Below are positions 62,084-64,000 of a stretch of 64,000 bases of DNA, in pieces. This DNA comes from Saprolegnia diclina VS20 (lineage: Eukaryota). Location: assembly GCF_000281045.1 (NCBI RefSeq), contig NW_008246129.1, forward strand, positions 81,316 to 145,315, in the 5' to 3' direction. The notes beneath the pieces were generated by a model. The model searched no databases and was not told where the DNA came from. It worked only from the letters and a program-made list of their open reading frames with translations. Within the stretch, counting starts at the first letter, position 1. Each line of letters begins with the position of its first letter. The position numbers and the translations under genes were made by a program.

Positions 62084-62559
62084 ATTTGATTGGTCGAAAT
62101 AGGCCAAATTACGAAGCTGATTGGACGGAATCATAGTAATTCCTGCAGCCCAGCACGGTTGCCCTTGCACTAAATAGTGTCCAGACACGTTTAGCAGCTC
62201 ACACTATTTGATGTAAATATAACAAATAGTGTGCGTGACCGGGTAAGTGGGCCATTTCGAAGGTACCCCACCCCACCAGACCAGGATGGAGACCAAGCGG
62301 GTAGTAAACGTGATGCAAGGCAATAAGAGGCGGTGAAGCCAAGTGTGTTGGATACGAGGGAAATGCTAGAGTGAGCATCATGATCGCTAGCTATCCGCGA
62401 AGAGCTATCGGGTGGCCATGAGGCACTCTGTACAAATGCACATACTGTGTCGTAGTTGTTCCGTCTATGAGGGACAATAGAACAGTTTATGACCCATCCG
62501 TCTACTGGTAAAACAAGAGCGTCCCTGAGATCTCCTATGCGGTAGATCTCTCGGTTATG

Positions 62560-63850
62560 CTAGCCGCCTGGTTTGTCAAACCCGGGCTATATGACATGTG
62601 CGTGATCGTGTTTCGCGTTGTCTTCATCTATAAAGACTTCGTACACATAGAGACTAGCAACTTCCTTCTTCATCATTTGCTCGCCGGGCTGTGGCTGCGC
62701 AGGTGACGGCGCGGGGATTCGACTTGCTCTCCTGTAGTGACGCGGGGGCGCTTGTGGCCGCCAGTTAGGTCCATGGTGACAAGCTTCATCTCGCATCTCG
62801 CTCAGCGGGGCGCTGTCGCAGCGGTCGTGGAGCGCGACGTCAGCGAACGTGCTCGGGTAGAAGGTGCGGGCTATATGGCTAAGTTTATGAATTAAGTTAG
62901 TCCATTATCTCAGCAGGATATTCCAGATGCACTGAGGCATTGAAACCGGGTCCGTCGTGCTTGAACTGCGTCTTCAGGTTAGACAGGAAGTGGATCAGTG
63001 CTCGAGCGGGATGACGTAGCCTCCCACAACAAGCATGGCGACAGCGTTCATTGCCTTGCCACGATCGGCAAAAAGTGCGAGGTCGGCCAAGTTGATGCCA
63101 GAGCGCATGCACAGCCGCAGGAGCCAAAGGTAGTTCTGTTGCGATGTCGCTCAGCGGAAGACGACATTGTGGACCGCCACGTCATCTATGCTGCATGTGG
63201 CTAGCTTTAGTCGTTCAGTTAGTCGAAACAAGATCTTTAGTAGTAGTAACGGACCGACCTTTCGGGGCCGGAAGAATGCAACCACTTTCCGATTTGCAAG
63301 CTTCCTCGCAAGAAGTTCTTCACAGTCTCAGCGGGTACAAGAGCGACGGCGGGGACGATGTTGCGGCCGTTGGCGTCGCGTTGAACAAGGCTGAGGTAGA
63401 CACCAGGGTCCTCGGCCTTCACGACCGTCCCGTCGGTGCCGAGTACAGACGCATAATGGTGGTGCTTGATGGAGGCCCCGAAGTAAAAAAAGCTCGGTCG
63501 GTAGAAGTGCTTGCTATCGTTGAGCCGCACGAATGTCCTGGAGGAGCCACGGCAGGAACGTGTAGCTCGCGTCACTCTATCACAAAGCTTGGATGATACA
63601 TAATCGTGGACTACAAAAGCTACCTGAGCCGTCAGAGACGCAATGACCCCGACCTTGACATGAGCCACGAAGACATCCGGCAACGCCGACCCACCACCGT
63701 CCGACTATCATGTTCCATTAGTGGTTGGAAGGATGGATGCGCATATTTATACCAGGATCGTCGTTGCCAATGCGCGTGCCGAGATCTAGTGTGCACCAGC
63801 TTGTGCACGTTTGCCATGGCCACGGCTTCTCGCACGGAGGCTGTGCTCAT
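62560..63850 (-). mobile_element. Decayed Mutator-like (MULE) transposase pseudogene
   Basis: FYRPSFFYFGASI...SVLGTDG...GVYLSLVQRDANGRNIVPAVALVPAETVKN[insert]YLWLLRLC...LALFADRGKAMNAV...IHFLSNLK, the MULE DDE core; stops and frameshifts present. Confidence 0.8.
63137..63313. mobile_element. 177-bp solo LTR-like insertion with 5-bp TSD (AGTTC)
   Basis: Begins TGTTGCGATG, ends CCTCGCAAGA (8/10 inverted match); flanked by AGTTC at 63132-63136 and 63314-63318; removal restores the MULE reading ETVKNYLW. Confidence 0.75.
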
Positions 63851-64000
63851 CGACATGCAAGTGTAGAGTGCTCAAGATTTACTTCTATACATCGGAAAGA
63901 AGTTGTGTGTGAGGTTTCCGTTTACATAGTGTCCATCGCGTACTCTTCACGACGTAGTGGACTTTCGCTGTCGTCTTTTTGCGCCTTCGAGCCTACGGAA

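Overview
Gene-dense eukaryotic DNA, most likely an oomycete of the Saprolegniales (inference). Support: GC-rich exons, many short GT-AG introns of about 40-55 nt, oomycete INR/FPR-like promoter motifs, an elicitin-like gene and a WRKY19-like C3H zinc-finger gene. About 27 protein genes are visible. Housekeeping: SDH flavoprotein, calreticulin, WDR4/Trm82, CCDC43, HDHD3, a USP9/24/34-type deubiquitinase, aspartokinase-HSDH and DusA. Secreted or membrane proteins: elicitin-like protein, CDH-like GMC oxidoreductase, C69 dipeptidase and a nitroreductase. Flagellar/centriolar: TEDC1-like, CEP164 and CFAP61. The standout is a roughly 1,900-aa CFAP61 (radial spoke 3 / CSC subunit) with four tandem adenylate kinase domains, one degenerate, inserted into its internal variable loop. 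Also notable: an aspartokinase whose HSDH half looks catalytically decayed, a DusA with two in-frame starts suggesting dual targeting, and at the right end a decayed Mutator (MULE) transposon with a probable TIR and a nested 177-bp solo LTR with a 5-bp TSD. One 100-N assembly gap. Spliced gene models were assembled by eye, so spans include introns and some boundaries are approximate. Family calls come from motif recognition, not database searches.
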